DNA of 64,000 bases from NCBI GenBank assembly GCA_963800645.1, contig CAWDBX010000011.1, positions 64,831 through 128,830 of the forward strand, written 5' to 3'. The number at the start of each line of letters is the position of its first letter. Within the stretch, counting starts at the first letter, position 1. The translations under genes were made by a program, and so were the position numbers. Below are positions 60,515 through 64,000 of this stretch, piece by piece. Below the pieces are notes generated by a model. That model did not search any database and was not told where the DNA came from. It worked only from the letters and a program-made list of their open reading frames with translations. The stretch comes from an uncultured Bacteroidales bacterium (GTDB taxonomy: Bacteria; Bacteroidota; Bacteroidia; Bacteroidales; UBA10428).

Positions 60515-62453
60515 TTAAAGCTTATAACCCGCAAACTCAATCTCCCTGGCTTTTTCCGTTGAAATCGGCTTCCCATCCAGAAATGCTACCACAAAAGCAT
60601 CCGGAAAACCAAGCAACCGTACTTTTTCGAGCGCACGGGTTACGGCGTTCATACTGTAGAATAGTCCGGCATAATATTTAAGCATACTGCCGCCATTCAC
60701 TTGTTCGTAAACGATGGGAGTAATTCCTCCAAATGCATCATTGGGTTTGATTTTACTGAATACGCCCATTTGAATACGGTATACCAGTCCCGAATGAATA
60801 CCCAAACCCTGGGGGATGGGATTGGATTCACCATAGGGCGACTGTTCGAGGAGAGCAAATTCATCTTTCAGGATCTTTGCCTCTTCCGGTTTGTCTTCCG
60901 GAAGATCAGGCTGGACTCGTGCTGTTGGTTTTGTATTGATATACGCTGATTCCATTTATTTCTGCCGCCAATAGTAACCACCGAATCCGGCTGACTGGCA
61001 TCAACATAATTATCCGTTTTCAATTTCCTTGCCTCTGCAAATTTCTTTTCTGCTTCCCGTTGGCACATTTTGGCCTCTTTGTCCGAAAGTATGATTTCAG
61101 ATACCAATTGCTTTTTCAATTCATTATCAGGAGTCTCTTTCGCCAGAAGTCGCTTGTCCCTCGTAATCCTGGAAAGTGAATCTGCTTTTAACTGCAATAT
61201 CAATGCCTCAGCAAGAATTATGTTGTATTCGCTTTCTGACGGTGCAGGATTTTCAACAGGGAGGACCGCAGATGTGTAAGAAACCTGTAAATCCGGTTTG
61301 GGTGTTACCAAATCTTCAGTTTCGGCACCGGAAGTATGTACATCAGGTTCCATAAGGAGTTGGGAAGCCTTCCGGATATCATCCACATTTATAAACCTGA
61401 TGCCTGTGGTATCCTGATCCAGTTTGATACGATACACGGTTGACCTGTCCGGGTCCGGTATTCCTTGTGGAAACAAACGAAGCTGAATGGTTGAATTCAT
61501 CGGTAATGTATAAAAAATCATCGTATGGGTGAGTTAATGGGGAATCCCAAATTAACTGGTGTCGACCAGATTTTGGTATTCCAATCGTATACCGATTTGA
61601 AGATGTCATAGTCCGCCCATGCTTGAATGTCCTTTTGAACTGAAATATAAAACCGAAGCTTTTGGATCGAAATAGGGATATTCCTCATCATAAGGGGTAT
61701 TAATACTGATGTTCAGGGGTTCAGGCGATCCCCCAGGTTTCATGGTTCATGTTTTTAATACGAAACAGTTGCTTCTGGTTTTTCCCGGCTTTTTCATAAC
61801 CTGAAAAATACGCATATTCATTGATCTCGGTATAAGCGGGTAAAAACATCCAGGGCCGGTAGCCTGTTTTCAAATCAGGTTTACTGGAGAATTCCAGCGG
61901 TTTCTTCATCAGTTTTCCCGAACCATTAATGTCGGCAGCCAATGACAATTGATCAACCAGAATGGTTCGTGTGTTTAATACAATAACCGAATGACCGGTT
62001 TGTGTCAAATCCAGTCCGTTTTTTGCCATTTCAATCTGTCGCTCAATGTCCAGCGACTTTATATCTGCACTTTTCCCATTCACCAGAAATTTCGAATAAG
62101 CTTTAATGGCTTCATCAAATGAAAAGTTTCGGTGAGAGCACATATCCGAAATAATACCACGCCATGGGATCGTAATTTGCGCCGGATGCCTCGCGCAGGT
62201 AATTGATAGCTTCCTCCTGGTCCTGATTGAGTTTAGCAAGACACACACCTGCTCCATACAAATAATCCGGTTGCCGGGGATAAGATTTCAGCAATTCGCG
62301 ATATAAGGGCAAAGCTGCTGCATAATTTTTCTCAACAAAGTGCTTTTGGGCTTCGTTCCTGATTCGGATCTTAAGACTATCCTGTGCTGTCGCATCAACA
62401 CAAATGAAAAGAATAATGAACAATACCAGTGTCCGGCCAATTTGTTTTTTCAT
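60515..62453 (-). pseudogene. TPR / SPOR domain-containing secreted protein, frameshifted (at least 4 shifts)
   Basis: Signal peptide and TPR (MKKQIGRTLVLFIILFICVDATAQ...YRELLKSYPRQPDYLY..). The C-terminal SPOR domain reads ..VYRIQMGVFSKIKPNDAF...AGLFYSMNAVTRALEKVRLLGFPDAFVVAF... Five overlapping fragments tile the interval. Confidence 0.65.
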
Positions 62454-62585
62454 GTATGGATTATTAAAATCAAATGCCGAAAATTACAAATTGCCCGGCT
62501 ATTCAGATAAAAGATTTTTAACAATTTACTCACAGTTTTGCATAAATACTCTATATTCGCTGCTTAATTTTTAAACTTCTATACA

Positions 62586-63310
62586 ATGAAAAAAATCGAG
62601 AAATCTGGTAATTCTTTCTGTAATAAGCCTGTTTATTATTTCTTCATGCAGTTCGGAGAAAAAATATGCAGCTGTCAAAATCAAGACCAAGGAAGACTCT
62701 GTAAGTTATTATTCTAGGGATGACTTATGGAACCGGATTAAAACAGGCAGAAATTGACAGCCTGTTTAATTATGAGGCATTTGTTAAAGGAATTACCGAG
62801 GCTTTATCCAAAGACACCCTTCCGGTTTCCCAGATGATGATACAGAGCTACCTCAATTCGTTTTTTATGGAATTCCAGCAAAACAAGGTAAAGGAACAAT
62901 ACAAGGATTATATTGCGGAAAACAAAACATTTCTTGTGGCCAATTCAACGAAAGACAGCGTGGTTTCGCTCCCCAGCGGCATTCAGTATATTATCCTGAA
63001 AGAAGGTACAGGAAGCAAACCTGCGATCACTGACAGAATAAAAGTACATTATACCGGTACGCTCATCGACGGTACGGTTTTCGACAGTTCTTTCCAACGG
63101 AATGAACCTGCTGAATTCAATGTTGGTGAAGTAATTCCAGGTTGGACCGAGGTAATGCAGCTGATGACAGTTGGTTCGAAATGGAAAGTATTTATTCCTG
63201 AAAACCTTGCTTATGGCAGCCAGTCTCCTCAGGGTTCGGTTATTAAACCATTTTCAACCCTGATTTTTGAAATCGAATTACTTGAGATCCTGCCTCCTTC
63301 CAACAATTAG
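62586..63310 (+). pseudogene. FKBP-type peptidyl-prolyl isomerase (FkpA/Mip-like), two frameshifts (about 62597 and 62715)
   Basis: MKKI / RNLVILSVISLFIISSCSSEKK.. (lipobox) / ..GMTYGTGL...VHYTGTLIDGTVFDSS...VIPGWTE...IPENLAYG...LIFEIELL... Confidence 0.8.
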
Positions 63311-63402
63311 AGCATCCGATCAGTATTCACCAAAGCACCCTTCAGGTTATAACCCTGCCTTACGAATTTTTCGACGGGCAAGGAATTCCTGAAGGGTGTT
63401 TT

Positions 63403-63816
63403 TTATGCGGTAACCTGGTTGTTTTTTGATGAAAATAAAATATCAAGCGATAACAGAACACCCATACAGGCAATGGCAATGGTAGCAATCAACAAACCAC
63501 TGGTATTGAACTGAAAGGAAAAATTCAAATTTTCCAGAAGATCCATTACCGGTTTCACGGCTTCAGCATATACCGGTTTTTCAGGATTATCGCCCGAAAC
63601 TGCCCACCCGCAAACAATCAAAAGCATCGTCATAAACGCGATAATGAGTATCCACGCCGTTCTGTTCAGGAGAGGTTTATAAGCATAAACGGCTTTCTTT
63701 TCGCTTTCTTCCACCATCTGCATGACCCGAAGGGTAAAACCGGGAGAGGTGGCCAGCAGACCCTCTTTTCTGATCAGTGCTTTCAGTTCATTGTCATTTT
63801 CAAATATTTCTGCCAT
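63403..63816 (-). CDS. small membrane protein downstream of a sigma factor (anti-sigma candidate)
   Basis: 137 aa with two TM helices. The start lies 17 nt after the sigma gene stop. I recognise no motif. Confidence 0.45.
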   Translation of the reverse strand: MAEIFENDNELKALIRKEGLLATSPGFTLRVMQMVEESEKKAVYAYKPLLNRTAWILIIAFMTMLLIVCGWAVSGDNPEKPVYAEAVKPVMDLLENLNFSFQFNTSGLLIATIAIACMGVLLSLDILFSSKNNQVTA

Positions 63817-63833
63817 AACCCTTGAATAACTTG

Positions 63834-64000
63834 TTAAGAATAAACTTTTTCCGTTGCGAGCCCGATTAGTTCCTGAAGCTTTTTCCTGGCTCTGAAAAGC
63901 TTTACTTTGATATTCGATTTTGTCAATCCGGTAATGTGATGAATTTCTTCCACACTGGATTCATGAATATAGAATAAAGTAATCAGAACTCTGTCGTCTT
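63834..64000 (-). CDS. sigma-70 family (ECF-type) sigma factor, 3' part (gene starts beyond window end)
   Basis: The minus-strand translation ..DDRVLITLFYIHESSVEEIHHITGLTKSNIKVKLFRARKKLQELIGLATEKVYS* is a region 4.2 HTH. Confidence 0.7.
   Translation of the reverse strand, partial: DDRVLITLFYIHESSVEEIHHITGLTKSNIKVKLFRARKKLQELIGLATEKVYS

Overview
This 64-kb chromosomal segment reads as Bacteroidota. Supporting signs are a T9SS C-terminal sorting domain, a fused murF-alr, DUF2851/DUF4294-type genes, TAnnTTTG -7 promoter boxes and few Shine-Dalgarno sites. The content is mostly housekeeping. In order: porin-pstSCAB, an Rrf2 regulator, a coiled-coil membrane protein, a hybrid histidine kinase with a sigma-54 (NtrC-type) response regulator, an SDR with an ERG4/ERG24-type sterol-reductase homolog, uppP, ndh, xth, tRNA-Phe, an M16 peptidase and an O-methyltransferase. 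Then a CarH/LitR-type B12 photoreceptor with an ECF sigma, a purM-like gene, prfA, pyrF, DUF2851, SPFH with an unlisted Arc-like small ORF, rpsO-pnp, a TPR lipoprotein, a membrane-embedded LuxR-type regulator, a trmH-like gene, sucC, two CDGSH proteins and thpR. Then polysaccharide genes (WbaP-like and 3 GTs), pcm, an MBL hydrolase, gcvP, an ECF sigma / anti-sigma-like / TPR-CHAT protease locus, rluD, a T9SS cargo protein, a PASTA protein, an NCS2 permease, murF-alr, a HAD hydrolase, nfeD-floA, clpS, a SPOR protein, an FKBP and a second sigma/anti-sigma pair. I saw no integrase, transposase, phage, CRISPR or recognisable defence genes, so this is not an obvious accessory island. The main observations are: (1) a CRISPR-independent, envelope-anchored TPR-CHAT caspase-like protease next to an ECF sigma / TPR anti-sigma-like pair; (2) a CarH-type AdoB12 light sensor (Wx9EH and ExHxxG motifs present) followed by an ECF sigma, with 11-bp phased repeats between them; (3) many frameshifts confined to discrete multi-gene blocks while long neighbouring stretches are clean, which suggests local assembly or polishing error rather than gene-by-gene decay but needs read-level checking; (4) several candidate operator or UAS repeat arrays in intergenic regions. 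All functional calls come from reading the translations. No database search was run.
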